Assembly (NCBI RefSeq): GCF_018350175.1
Contig: NC_058368.1
Span: 19,656,001 to 19,720,000 of the forward strand
DNA length: 64,000 nucleotides
Source of the DNA: Felis catus
Taxonomy: Eukaryota
Reading direction: 5' to 3'
In this document: positions 41,903 through 54,719 of the stretch, in pieces
Numbering within the stretch: the first letter of the stretch is position 1
How the letters are laid out: each line of letters begins with the position of its first letter
Made by a program: the position numbers and the translations under genes
The notes under the pieces: model-generated
Databases searched by the model: none
The model's input: only the letters and a program-made list of their open reading frames with translations
Told to the model about the DNA's origin: nothing

Positions 41903-43109
41903 TAATGGTTACAATGGCAAAATACTTTATATTATCACAATAATACGTGTAAAAAATAATCATTAAAACCCCATGATATGGGCCCCTCCAAAAAGCCTCA
42001 AGAGAATCATTGTGATACTGCTCGTCAGACAGAAAGAACATCTAGAGGTAAAGTAGGTAGGTACTAAGCAATACGTGAAGAACACAAGGGGAAAGACGCT
42101 TTTATTAAATTTATTAGGATCCTTTTAAGCCATCTGTGCACTGTGTGACCCTCCTGTGAGCAGCAGCTGTTTTTATTCATTAGGAATGAACAGATATAGA
42201 AGTCATTACTCAATGTTCATCTCGCAGCTGGGTTTGAATTGAAAGGCAGTTCATATCCAACAACTTTGGCCCCAAGCATTTAAAGGTCCTTGTGTGAAAA
42301 GGTTGTATCGAGACTTGGAAAGTATTTCATCTAGTAGTAGATTCAGCTGAACATCAGAGCTATCTAGGAAGGCAAGCCTCCATAGGTTGACAATTGCAGC
42401 AATGTGCGTATTTGATTTTGCTCTGGGGTCCTGAATTTGTGGGTCTCTGTATACCCAGGAATTTTTATTAATTTCAGTGGAATATGGTATCATCATGGGG
42501 AAATGGCTTATTTCCTCTAAGTACCCATGCCTCTAATGCATTCATAGGAAATAAAAATCAAACCGAAGCTAAAACTTTAAATGTCATTTTAACAGAAGAC
42601 TTTGATTTTAGAGTGAGCATCCCGTTTCTTGGGCTCTATTGACAAACATATTGGTCAGGGTAACTTTACTATGTTGTGGTAATAAATTAACCCCGGAATC
42701 TCAACACTATGAAGCGGCTCAACACTATGGTTTATTTCTTGCTCATGAACGTTCCGTTGAAAGTCAGGAGCCTCTCCAGGGTTCCAGAAGACTCCCCCAG
42801 GGTAATGTGATGACTTCACACTCCAAATGACTTCATTCTTGCTCACGGACTATCTCAACCCATGGATTCCAGGTGGTCAAAGCAGGGGAACAAAACAAAG
42901 GGCCACATGCCAGTTTTTAAATGCTTTGGCCCCATACTGTCCCACAGCCCATTGGTTAGAAGTAGTCACACAGCATTGGCTACCCACCAGGGGGCTGGGA
43001 AGTGTGAGGGACGTTCACTGAGCAATGTCTGTGCACAGCCAAGATGTGTGCTAGGACACATCCAAAGCCTGGTCATTTGAGCCAGATTGGTCACTGAGGG
43101 CAATGGGCA

Positions 43110-43163
43110 TACATATATATATATATATGTGTATATATATACATATATATGTATATATATATG

Positions 43164-43198
<35 letters not shown>

Positions 43199-43213
43199 GT
43201 ATGTATACATATA
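43110..43213. repeat. (TA)n/(TG)n mixed microsatellite
   Basis: Direct reading. Confidence 0.9.
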
Positions 43214-43219
43214 TTAGGT

Positions 43220-43449
43220 TTTTTTTCAAAAAATTTAAAAATGTTTATTTATTTTTTAGAGAGAGAGAGAGACAGACAGAGCGTGAGCAGGGGAGGGGCA
43301 GAGAGAGAGGGAGACACAGAATCTGAAGCAGGCTCCAGGCTCTGAGCTGTCAGCATAGAGCCCGATGTGGGACTCGAACCCACAAACCGCGAGATCATGA
43401 CCTGAGCCAAAGTCAGACGCTTAACTGATTGAGCCACTCAGGCACCCCC
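43220..43449 (-). mobile_element. Can-SINE
   Basis: SINE consensus in reverse. Confidence 0.9.
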
Positions 43450-43829
43450 TTTCATATATTTTAAATAATATACCATACCACCACTAGTTCAATAATAGGC
43501 CTAGAAGACAGAGGCTGGAGAAAAGAAGAGAAGGCATTGCTATGGGAATTAAAATTGCCACTAAGAAAGGGTACAGTCGGTTAATACCCAGACAAAGTGA
43601 TATCTGGTCCCTGCTCTACCTGACGTCTGGGAGACAGCCACTTAGTCCCCTGAGCATCCTGAAGATCAGGTGGCCAGTGAGACTGGGCATGCTCCACAAG
43701 CAGGGGATTGGGTAACAGTTTCCATGAGGAGCATTTGGGCCTCTGCAGAAGTCTACTGCATCTTCCCAGCTGGCTTTATGCTTTTGAATGCACTTCTCTT
43801 CATCCTTTTTCATTCTCTCCCCTCTGTAG

Positions 43830-43912
43830 GGATGAAGTTTTTGGAGGGCTGCCGCATACAGACCCTCATCCCTCTCTATTTGCTAGCGGGTGGGATCATT
43901 GGAGCCTTAAAG
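43830..43912 (+). pseudogene. TMEM272: TMEM272 third coding exon; donor reads AT instead of GT
   Basis: ctctgtag|GG ATG AAG TTT TTG GAG GGC TGC ... GCC TTA AAG|atgaagtc; recalled human GMKFLEDCPIQPLIPLYLLVGGIVGTLK. Confidence 0.9.
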
Positions 43913-45821
43913 ATGAAGTCTATTTATCCACTGTTTAGTTTTTGCACAAATTTAACTTACAGGCACGTGACACACAGCCTTCAATTGTCTGCTACTCACA
44001 GAGGAGCCAGAACAGCTCCCCTCCCTAAGCACAGGGTTATGGAAGCAGTGGGGCAAGGTGGATCCTGAAGTCTGCTTGCAGAGACATGGGTTTTTCCTGA
44101 TGAGGAGCATTCGCCCAGAGCTGGGCATCTTTGCAGTAGCCTCCCTCCCGCCGCCCTGAGAGCAATGTGCTAATTTGTGGCTTGGGTCTGACAACAGTTG
44201 AAGCAGAGGAGTGGCTGACTGCCAATTAATTCTACCTTTGAATTGAGCCGGCGTTATCTTGGCCTCTCTCTGCTTCTTTTTAGAAAGGTTCCTGTGGAGG
44301 GCAGTGGAGTTTGCATCTGGTTGAAATGTATTTGGTTTTAGCAGCTCTTATTTCTGTGTTTCTCCTAGCGCTCAACCGACCGGCAGAGAGACCACTAGCT
44401 GCAGTCATCAATCAGACGTTAAACTCTGATGTTTCAGGGGAGGAGGGGCTTCTCTGTGACTCTCAAGTTCATGTTAGTGTAGGGAGCCGATCTGCTCCTG
44501 GGTTGTACTGACATCTGTTTTAACAGGAAAAGTGACAGAAGAAAAAAACATCAAGGGTCCTGGAGAGTCTACAGGTGTCAAAATCCCTGGCCCACAGAAA
44601 TGTCCCACCTGTCCAAAGCACCTCAGGTCTAAGGTATCTTAGGTCCACATCCATTCATCAGTGACCCTTCCCAACCGTCCAAGCCGCCCTCAAAGCTTCC
44701 TGTATCAAAAGCTAGAAAACACAAGCACCCGTTTTTCCAAAATGGTTGCATAGAGATGAAGCACAGAAGAAAACCATCAGGAGTGCCATATATAAAATTT
44801 CATTTGGACGCACTGTCTGATTTCTTTGCCAGCATCTTTGCGGTGCTTGGGGCCTTCTGAAGATGCTGGCCAGTGGCATCAGTCAGGATATTGGTTAGGA
44901 CATCAAAGGAGTGTCTTGCTGTTCTATGTAATCAGCAGTCACCAGCTCAAGTCATGGGAAGCAGGTCTGAACCTTTTGTGTCTGAGGTTATGTCACCATT
45001 AAATGCCCTCAACTCCTAATAGCAGTGCAGGGGCAGTGTTCTGGAATGTGCAATAACACGCGTTCCCCCTCCCCCCCCCCGTGACAACATCCCCAGGGGA
45101 TCAGCTGGGACTCTGTTTGGCTCCAAGTAAACCCAGAGGCTCTCTGCTCAGTGGGGCTTCTTATCCCCTGTGGCCCCGTGGTATGAGGAGAAAAGCCCTA
45201 ATGGACCGAGCGCCATAGAGATGTTCAAAACAAGGGCAACGTTTTCAGCAGTAATTACCTCTGCTCAGCCCTCCCTCACTTGGCTACCTCATCATCAGGC
45301 CGTGAAGTGAAACTTTCCTGCGGAGATGTTACCGTCCATGGGGTCTGTTCCTCTTAACAACGGCAAACTTTTCCTTTATGAAATCCGGCCCAGAACCCAA
45401 AGGTAATTTATTTTAATGAACAAACTAGGGCCCTGATAAACAGCACTGATTTTTTTTTCCTGGCAATCTAGAACTGTTTGCAGCCAAATTAAATTTTTGT
45501 GCTCATCGTAGCGAGGTAATACACAGTGAGTCCGTAACTGTTAGAGAGCAACAGCAAACAGATTTATAGAATCCCTAGATGGAGAAGTTTGCCGGTGATA
45601 CCAATGCTCTGTCTTTAACCCTCTCGGAACACTGCGCCACAGTGCCCAGCATCCTTTCTGAAATGCAGCAATAGCACCACGGTATTGCATCTTGTTGACG
45701 AGAAAGCAGAGCATCAGTGAGTGGACATTTCCCAGGGTCCCCAAAAAGAACTGAGTCATGACCCACTGGAAGATCATGAAGTGAATTTAGTAGGTTGTGA
45801 CCATTAAACAAAATGGAATAG

Positions 45822-46028
45822 AGGGACTCCTGGGTGGCTCAGTCGGTTCAGCGTCTGACTGTTGATTTCGGCTTAGGTCACGGTCTCAACGGTTCATGGG
45901 ACCGAGCCCCACGTCGGACTCTGCGCTGACAGCGCAAAGCCTGCTTGGGATTCTCTCTCTCCCTCTCTGTGCCCCTCCCTCACCTGTGCTCGCACGCTCT
46001 CTCTCTCTAAATAAACATTAAAAAAAAT
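45822..46028 (+). mobile_element. Can-SINE
   Basis: SINE consensus. Confidence 0.9.
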
Positions 46029-46094
46029 AGAATAGAAAATACTAGAGTGCCCAGTAAGCATGGTGTGATAAACACATACACGTGTGTTTGGGCA

Positions 46095-46217
46095 TATGAG
46101 CCATATAATTTAATCCAAATCGGGACACTTTTGAGAGTACACAGGGGCTTTAATAATCATGCCAGGAAAACCCCGTAAACCAGGACTCTGAGCCAACAAG
46201 GATACACACGGTCCCCC
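46095..46217. mobile_element. MER94-like hAT-Blackjack MITE
   Basis: ccatataatttaatccaaatcgggacacttttgagagt...taataat...taaaccaggact. Confidence 0.65.
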
Positions 46218-47399
46218 AATTACTAGGTTGTGATGTAAAAGGTATTTGTTACTGAGGACCATGTTAAAAAGAAAGTTTCAGAAACACTGATTTAGTGGCC
46301 ATTAACCTACCTAATGCCCCACCTCACCCCCAATATCCCACTGCTCAGTGATCATTTCTACCACCCAGTGAGTGCTTACTATGTGCCAGGTGAGGTGCTA
46401 AGGGCTTTGCCCCATTTGGAACCTAGTCCTCACGATACCCCTTCGAGGCAGGTACTTGTATCAGAAAGGAGTTTTGAATACAAGGAACAAAAAATCGGGA
46501 GGAAAGGCCCCCACGGCATCCAGAACCTACCAGGCCTGTGACGTGGCCTGGAGGTAGCAGGAAAGTCTGCTGGGGTCCGCCCTTTACGAGGCAGGGGGCC
46601 TGTTGTGCAGCCCTCTAATCAGGACCAGGTACTCGTGTTATAAAGTCGTGTGGTGGAAGGGTGCGGGGACAGTCGAAGGAAAATCTGTACGCCTGGCTTC
46701 CAGGCATAACTGCATAGCACAGTGACTTGCCGGGGGTGAGAAGACAGGAGGACCACAGGGCAGGGCAAAGGCACCCCTGAGGCACGAGCCACATGTTGTG
46801 ACTGCGCAAAGTCATGAGCAAGAGGGCAGGTGAACCAAACACAGCTGGACCCTGTCTCTTCTTTCTCGTGGGGAAGAATCACTAGAGGTGCATCCAGCAT
46901 GGTAGCTATTGATTGGTTACAGCAGATGAGGAGCAGGGAGGCTCCCGGGTTTCTAGCTTGGACAGTGTCACCCAAATGAGAGGCATATGGAAGGTAACGA
47001 GTTATGTCTTCAACATACTGAGCCGAGGGCCTGGGGGCACTCGGGGGAGCCTCACACGTGTCCGAGGTCTGGAGGAAAGTTCCGGAAGGGAGCCGCAGAC
47101 CAGGGCGCCATCAGCCTATAGGTGGGTGAGGTCAGGGCCTGGGCCATATTTGTGAGGGTCACCAAAGAGGGAAGCTACTGAAAGAGGCCAAGAGAGAGAA
47201 TGGCTTGGTGGAAAGGAAGCCAGCTTTGGCTGAAGACAGACCTGGTGCCTGGATCTTCCACTTTTTGTACACATGACCTTGGCCGAAATTCTTAAACGTC
47301 CTGGTCCTCAGCTCCTTTGTTTCTAAAGTGAGGAAAGTAATGTACGCTTCCATAGGGTTGTTTTAAATAAGACAACCTGCCTAAAAATAAAAGCACTTT

Positions 47400-47622
47400 G
47401 GGGCACCTGGGTGGCTCAGTCGGTTAAGCGTCCAACTTCCGCTCAGGTCATGATCTCGCGGTCTGTGGGTTCGAGCCCCGCGTCGGGCTCTGTGCTGACA
47501 GCTCAGAGCCTGGAGCCTGTTTCAGATTCTGTGTCTCCCTCTCTCTCTGACCCTCCCCCATTCATGCTCTGTCTCTCTCTGTCTCAAAAATAAATAAACG
47601 TTAAAAAAAAATTTTAAAAAAA
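47400..47622 (+). mobile_element. Can-SINE
   Basis: Near-consensus copy; TSD aaaagcactt. Confidence 0.95.
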
Positions 47623-48149
47623 AGCACTTAGTATCTGTCTTAGCTCAGGCTGCCGTTGACAAGATGCCACAGACCAAGTTGCTTCCATAACAGACATTCA
47701 GTAGGGAGAGGGAGGAGGACACTTTCAGATGACGACCATATGCAGGTTTGCAGTCATGGGAGGATGGGGAGCAGGTCACTGGAACCAGGAAGGCCAGGGA
47801 TGACCTCAAGGATGATGAAACAAACCAGAGCAGCAGCGACACTCTGGGTGTGGACATATATTCCAGTCAACTAATCCCTTGTCCAAAGCAGCTCACACAT
47901 CAAAATAGAAAATGCCACCAAGGATGCTGACTAAGGATTGATGCCTTCATTCTTGCCAGTTCTGATTCTTCAAAATTAAATTTCACTCCTTGGCGGCATT
48001 TCCAACTCTAGTGTGGGCACTTTGCGCATTAAATCTCCCTCTCTCTCTGTTTCTCTCTTGGCTTCTATTCCCTCTCCTCCACCTGCTTTGCTGCCTTGCC
48101 CTCTGACCCCCCCAACCCCCCCTCCCACCGCCCGCCAGCCACAACCCAG

Positions 48150-48516
48150 GTGTCTCTCCTGCTGCATGACTCTACCAGGATGAGGCGGCTTGTGCCAAGG
48201 CCGTGGTGATTAACAACCAACCAGGACGATGATGCATATCCCTGGAGGCAGACCGTGTGCAAGTATTATATCCACCTCAGCCTCAGCCTCTTCCTTTTCC
48301 TCTGGTTCCTTTCGGGGAATTACGGGGCCCTCTCCGTTTACCTGCCTGATTTTATTCCCCCTTTCCAGCAGCCTCAAGCTTACTGTGACAAAACCCTGTA
48401 TCCCTGTGCGGTAGGGAGTCCTCGTGCTCAGCCACACCATGCTGGTCCTGCTCATCCTGTGCAGTGGGCGTGTCTATGTGTGGTCCAGGTGGAGATTCGT
48501 TGTCGATGGAGACTGA
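48150..48516 (+). pseudogene. TMEM272: TMEM272 last coding exon with three frameshifting indels and an in-frame TGA
   Basis: cccag|GTG TCT CTC CTG CTG CAT GAC... A -1 near 48195 exposes TGA at 48207-48209; a +1 near 48217 restores the frame; a +1 near 48414-48417 shifts off the tail VLVLSHTMLVLLILCSGRVYVWSRWRFVVDGD*, whose TGA is at 48514-48516. Confidence 0.9.
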
Positions 48517-51225
48517 GAATCACCCCCTCCGGCACACACAGGCACACATTTGCGCATGCACAACTCCACACACTCACATGCACACACGCGCACGTATATG
48601 CAAACACGCACCCACGCACACCCTGCACACTCATGCACAATTGCAAGAGGAGGGCACACTGTAGAGCAATAAGACGTCCCTCCAGGCAGTGAAGAAACCA
48701 CCAAAATGCACTGCGTGTTTATTCTAGGCAGACTAAAGGAGCGCTTGCCTCCCTGGGCCTGGGGGAAGCCCTGTGGTTCTTTCCAGAGTGGGACTTTTGT
48801 ACTCATGAGTTTGCAGAGGCATCTTTTTATGTGAGGGGATGAGGCGAGGGAGGCAAAGACTGGGAGGCTCTTTCCAGCTACAGGCAGTTCCAATGACCGT
48901 CACAAGAGCAAGTTTCGCTGCTGTTACTGTTGCTACTGCCGTGTTGTCATCCAGCCACGGGCAACCTGAAATTGTAGAAAGGGATATCTTCCCAACAAGA
49001 CCTAGCTCAGCTTCACTTGGGTGGCTTTGTTATGAACAGGAGAAAGGTGCTCTGTTTAATGACTCCAGGTGTCTTTTGGGAAAGAGCTCTCTTTCCCAGC
49101 CCCAAATCAGACGGGTTTGATTGGACCGGTAAGGGCATCCCAAGGGCAGCTATAAAGGCTGCCAAAGTCAAGGAAGGCAGTGCCCCTGGGGCTCCGGTCT
49201 GGCCCATGAGCCTGGCGTCACGGAGGGTAGCGTGCCCTCCCCGTGTGCCTTGGGGTAGTCCTACTGCAAATTCTTTGCTTGGCCTGAGTCCGCTTCTTTC
49301 CCTGGCCATCTGTGTCCATCTCTGTAATGTGCTCCTGGCACAAACCAGTTTCGTGTAGGTTTTGGCCAGATTGCACGTGGAGTCGTTAATGCAGGTGTTT
49401 TGGGGTTTTTTTTTTTTTTTTTTTTTTTTGGTCTCTGAGTTTAAATACTCTACAGTAGCAAATCTACTTGATGTCAGGTTAGGGCTGGGCAGGCTTTTGC
49501 AAATCCATTTGTCTGGAAGTTCAGGATGACACCGAAGAGCAAACACTAACATCCCTCCCGTTGCTGTCGTTAGGGGTGAAGTTCCTGAGAGCTGGGGTAC
49601 CAGGCCATGCGGTGCCGTCAGCGGGGGGAGCACCGATGCTTTAGAATCTTGGGTGAAGACTCTGTCGTGTGTGTTTCTAGGGGCAGTGCCCGCCCAGGGG
49701 GACAGTGGCCCCTTCGTAGTTGTGCTTCTGTTGCAGCACGTGCACAGCCTCTGTATGTTACCTGGTGCCTAGCTACTGCTTGCTTTTGAGGCAGGGGGTG
49801 GGGGTGGGGGGGTGCTTTGTAAGAAGACCAACCCCAAAGTGGCCATCCGTGTGGCCTCCTCTCCCTGCTTCCAGAGAAAAGGACCTAGGAGTTCACGGTG
49901 AGTTTGGGCATCTGTCACCTGCTGTTACATTTGGTCCAGGTTCCTCCCAGGTCGGAAGAAGGTGCTGGAAGCGCCCTCTGCTGGGCCAAGGGCAGAAAGC
50001 CCTTAACTTTGCCCCTACCCCTCTGGGACTTTGCTGTTTTCATCTTCGCCCGAGCCTTGCAAGATTAGAGGGTGTACGACTCGAAGTTCCTGCCATCATC
50101 TGGGATGCCCGAAGTCACTCTCATTGTGCCCCACATCACCTTCTCCATGCCGGGGGCTCCGACACTAGAGCAGGCAAGGTGTTCCATGGGCGCCCCCTTC
50201 CACCCTGCCTGCCTTAGGTGATGACTCACCAGTCACTCCCAGTCGCTTAGCTACTGTTTGGACACAAATGAACAAAGCCAGCAGAGCCCATTTGTAAGCT
50301 CAATCCAGGCCACACGTCAACCATCACTTCACTTAGCATCTCTGACACAAACTCCTGAGCAGGGCTTGGAAAGAGTGTCCAAAAAAGTAAACCAAGCCTA
50401 CACAGGTGAAGCCAGACTCTGTACTCGCGGAGGAGAATGGCCTGGCAGCCCTCTGCAGAGGCAGGCTCCCCAAGTGCACAGGGACCACACCGCCGGCTCA
50501 GGCACGCCAGAGCCTAGGATGGCAAACAGATTTGTTCTCTCCCGCTAGCTCCCATCCCGGCTGTGCGTTGTGTTGGGAATGACCCTGAGGATCTGAGACT
50601 CAACAAGGAGGTGTGAGGGGACCCATACAGTCCCACTGGGGGTGACCCTGGGGTTCTGGGGACCTGGCAAATGGAGGTTCTCCCACTCACATCTCAGCAC
50701 GGTCCTCACCTCGTAGTGATGCATTGTGCCCTTGTGAGTGACTCACAGGAGTCTGGCCATGGACAGGCCACGACAAGGGCTCCTTGTCACTGACTCCTCT
50801 TCATCTGCGGGCACTGAGGACCTAAGCCCGTGCACCCACAGTCCTGCCACACACATGCTTCTGAGATGTTGTTGCTGGGGCCTGGGCAAAGGTGGAAAGA
50901 GCTTGCAAAAAAAAAAAATCTTTTTAAAAATCATAAACTTGCTGTTAGACTGCAGATATTGGCTAGTGCTTTGGGTACCCCTGTAGCCAGGTCCCAGATG
51001 CTGGCGATTCCCAGTTTCTGATAGGCATGACTATCCCCGGAGTGTCACAGAAATCGCTGTGTTGGTATACACGATGACTTAACAAATATGCTTGAGAAAG
51101 TGGCAACTTATCCCCGTTCCTAGAAATAGCTTGGTAGAAGAATTTATTTCCTCCTTTCATTCCATTCCCTATATTTATATCTTGTTTCACAATGAATTTG
51201 GAGGGTCTTTAAATGCTGTATTTGA

Positions 51226-51713
51226 GGGGCGCCTGAGTGGCTCAGTCGGTTAAACATCTGACTTCAGCTCAGGTTATGATCTCACAGTTTGTGAGTTCGA
51301 GCCCCGCGTCAGGCTCTGTGCTGACAGCTCAGAGCCTGGAGGCTGTTTCGGATTCTGTGTCTCCCTCTTTCTCTCGCCCCTCCCCCACTTACACTCTATC
51401 TCATCTCTCTCAAAAATAAATAAACATGAAAAAAATTTTTAAATGCTGTTATTTGAGACAATAAAATTAAAGAAAAAATATATAGTCAAAAATCAAACGA
51501 TAGGAGGGGTGCCTGGATGGCTCAGCCAGTTAAGCGTCCAACTTCAGCTTGGGTCATAATTTCACAGTTCATGAGTTTGAGCCCTGCATCAGGCTCTCTG
51601 CTGTCAGCACAGAGCCCCCTTCAGATTCTCTGTCCCCTTCTCTCTCTGCCCCTCCCCCCAGCCCCCGCTTGCTCTCTCTCTCTCTCTCTCTCTCAAAAAT
51701 AAACATTAAAAAA
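51226..51713 (+). mobile_element. Two tandem Can-SINEs (51226-51442 and 51506-51713)
   Basis: SINE consensus twice. Confidence 0.9.
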
Positions 51714-54191
51714 ATAGAACTACAGGAAAAACTAAGATGGTTAGAAAGCAGTGTTCAACGTCTTTTTCCCCCTACACCAACACACTAGAGTCTCAACCTA
51801 GAGGGAGTGGTGAAGAAATGTGACGGCTTTCATATGTGCCCTACCCCCCTTTGCAAAGGGAGAGTATTGGTCGTAGGCCCTTGATAATTACTAAAACCTG
51901 GACTACATTTTTGGCTTTGAGTTTCCTTGCCACCAAAGAGGTAAGGAAAATCAGCTACAAACTGCCCATTTTCTGTGGAGTCAAAAAATACACCCCCTCA
52001 GGAGAAACATGGGTTAAGTCTGAAAGACCATATTACATGCGTCCATTCGTAGCGGGAACACGGCGTGATTCAGTGGGTGACATCCTCAGCATACTATACA
52101 AAGACACTAGGAGCCTTTGAATGATAATTTATTAGGGCCTCCTTCAACGGATGGTGAAGTGGTTATGACGAGGCACCTTTCAGAAAGGTTCTGGGCCAAG
52201 GCAAATTGTCCATGACTACGGTTCTCTCAAGGTCTGGCTTAACCCAGAGAGAACTTTCAGAGGGTCTAGGAAGTGATCAGCTGCGTGTCCTTTATGTGAT
52301 TCCCGGTTAGGATCATTTCCCTCATCTGGGGTTTTGGTGGAAGACGAGCATGCGAAGTTCAGAGTTATTACCCAGAGCCTTGGGGTGCACCCCGCACTGA
52401 TGCTAAGCGGACTGCAAACACCGGCACAATGAAAGCACCTCGCCAAGAGTGACCCAGAAGTCAGCCATCCCTTCTTTGCAGGAATGGTTTTCTGGGGAAA
52501 TTAACATGATAACATCTGAACTTGAGAGTGCTAAAAAAAAAAAAAAAATAGGACCATTTCACGGGAGCCAACCACACCCGTGGCTCACAGACCTCAGTGA
52601 ACCATCAGAACCACCCAAGGGTTTGTTTAAAATGCAGAAGCATGGCCCCCAGAAATTCTGATTCTGTGGGTCAGGGGACCACACCTGTGCACTCAGGCCA
52701 CGCAGGAGTCACAGACTGACCCAGAACTGTTCCATCGTAGTTGCGAGCATGAGGGCACTCTGATGCTTCTCTGTCTTAGCACGAGAAGAGGCAAAGCGGT
52801 CAAAAACTTGCACTTTTGTATAAATGAATCTTGTGCTTCATTTCCTTGTGGGCGTTTTTCATTGTTGATGACATAAACTTGGAACAATTGTTCCTCAGTG
52901 CCTTCCCTGAATACCCTGGGGGAGATCATCCTCCAGGCCTTGGGACGCTTCTCTTGTTCTTTCCTCCAGTGCGATGACCATGGGTACAGACCATACACAG
53001 GAGCCAACGACCGTCAGGGGCCTGTTCAAGGCAAATTTTGCTCCGTAAAACTCGTAATCCTCAGGTGGACAAATGAGTTCATGGTGGATTCTAGAACAAT
53101 GAACTCCTAAAAATCCTTATTGATTCTGGTGGCAATTTCCCTTTTCATGAGTACGGAACTAAGAAGAAACCTCTCGTTTACAGAGGTCGAATTTCAATAG
53201 TTCACTTTTTAGGTCAGCCTAGTATGACAGCTGCCAACTTATCTTGGCATCTCAGGAGACAGCCTCTTGGTATCGCCCACAGAAGTGAAATAGCACGTGG
53301 GTGTTTCTCAAATGCATCTTCTGTTGTTTTCTCTAGAACACTCTCTTTGTTAGATCAGCTAGCTTTTAAACTTTCTTACTGCATTGTGTGGAGGTAAAGT
53401 TTCAAAGGCAAAGAAAAGACAACTCACACTTTATGCTGGTCCCACCCCAGGTGAGGTAGTAAGGGTTTGCAAATACGGCAAGTTCCAATAAGGGCACCGA
53501 AATCTCGCGACTGAGAATGTCTCTCCGTTCTGACTGCCTCCTATTCACCCCATTGGTGAGAGAGGGGTCCCTTGCCCTAAATGCTGGGAGATGGCTGAGC
53601 ACACAACAGTTGGTTGCTGGACAGATGAGAATGATGGTGCTTCACTGGTCACATACATTCACAGCCCGGCAGGGAGGATGCAGCATGCTGTGCAGGGCCG
53701 CATGGAGGCTGCACGGAGAAACAGACTGAGCAACCAGGGATCTCAGGGGTCATGCTCTGTAGAAATAAGGTGGGGTGGGGGGTAAGCTCTGGTTCTGGCA
53801 GAAGAATGCGATGGGCTTGTTTGAATAACATCTGGAGCTGGCAGGGAGGTGAAACTCGTTACGCTGAGGAGTGGGTGGGGTGCAGCCAGTCGTCCGGGGG
53901 AACGAGCAGGTGGGAGCCTTTCCTGCCTCGTGGGGGGCATATCTGGTAAGAGCAGGGGAACTCATGGTTAGGCCTCTGGGAGGCTAAATATGTCAAGGAA
54001 GCTGATGAAATTTGGGGCCTTCCAATCACCCTCCAAGATCAATCTCTGCCTTTATTTGCCTATCTTCCCCAGATTACTTAGTCCTGGATTCAAATCTAGA
54101 TTTGCATTTTCTCAACAACCAAAGCAGAAGGCAGATCAATCAATCATGAGATATACATTGTCCGTGAAGAAAAAAAAAAGGGGGGGAGGGT

Positions 54192-54422
54192 GGCGCCTTG
54201 GTGGCTCAGTCGGTTAAACATCTGACTCCAGCTCGGGTCATGATCTTGCAGTTCGTGAGTTCGAGCCCCGCGTCGGGCTCTGTGCTGACAGCTCAGAGCC
54301 TAGAACCTGCTTTGGAGTCTATGTCTCCCTCTCTCTCTGCCCCTCCCCTGCTCACACTCTGTCTCTGTCTCTGTCTCTGTCTCTGTCTCTCTCTCAAAAA
54401 TAAATATTAAAAAAAAAAAAAA
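54192..54422 (+). mobile_element. Can-SINE
   Basis: SINE consensus with a (CTCTGT)n expansion. Confidence 0.9.
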
Positions 54423-54719
54423 GCTGCTCCCCACCATCAACACCCAGGTTAGAACACTCACTTCCTGGACAGCTCTGGCCCTGGTCAGCAACTCCAAGCC
54501 CTTCCAATTGTCTGATGATTTTCCCCACAATTGCAAAAATCTTGCAGTCTCACTGGATTCTTCCAAACCATTTTTTTTTTTACTCTTTATTTCTTCATTT
54601 GAATATTTCAGCTTTAAAATGTCCTGTAGCCTGTACTTTTTCATAGCCGCCCCCCCCCAAAAAAAGGCGTTCACAAATTGATTTACAGCTTATAAGTTTG
54701 TTTATAAAGAAGCCAGTGT

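Larger units (their letters stand above)
29187..48516 (+). pseudogene. TMEM272: TMEM272 unitary pseudogene (four coding exons, all disrupted)
   Basis: Exons 29187-29244, 38857-38921, 43830-43912 and 48150-48516 reconstruct MPGGLEKECHRCI*KIASN / ACFAFVLFAVLMLPLS..AAFA / GMKFLEGCRIQTLIPLYLLAGGIIGALK / VSLLLHDSTRMRRL...YPWRQ..KYYIHLSLSLFLFLWF...YCDKTLY...SRWRFVVDGD*. This is colinear with recalled human TMEM272, has compatible intron phases (1,1,0), and lies at the syntenic position between CCDC70 and DHRS12. Confidence 0.9.

Noticed and set aside
48255..48692. 145-aa ORF as an independent gene
   Set aside because: It starts at GTG and is the frameshifted middle of the TMEM272 last exon running into low-complexity UTR.
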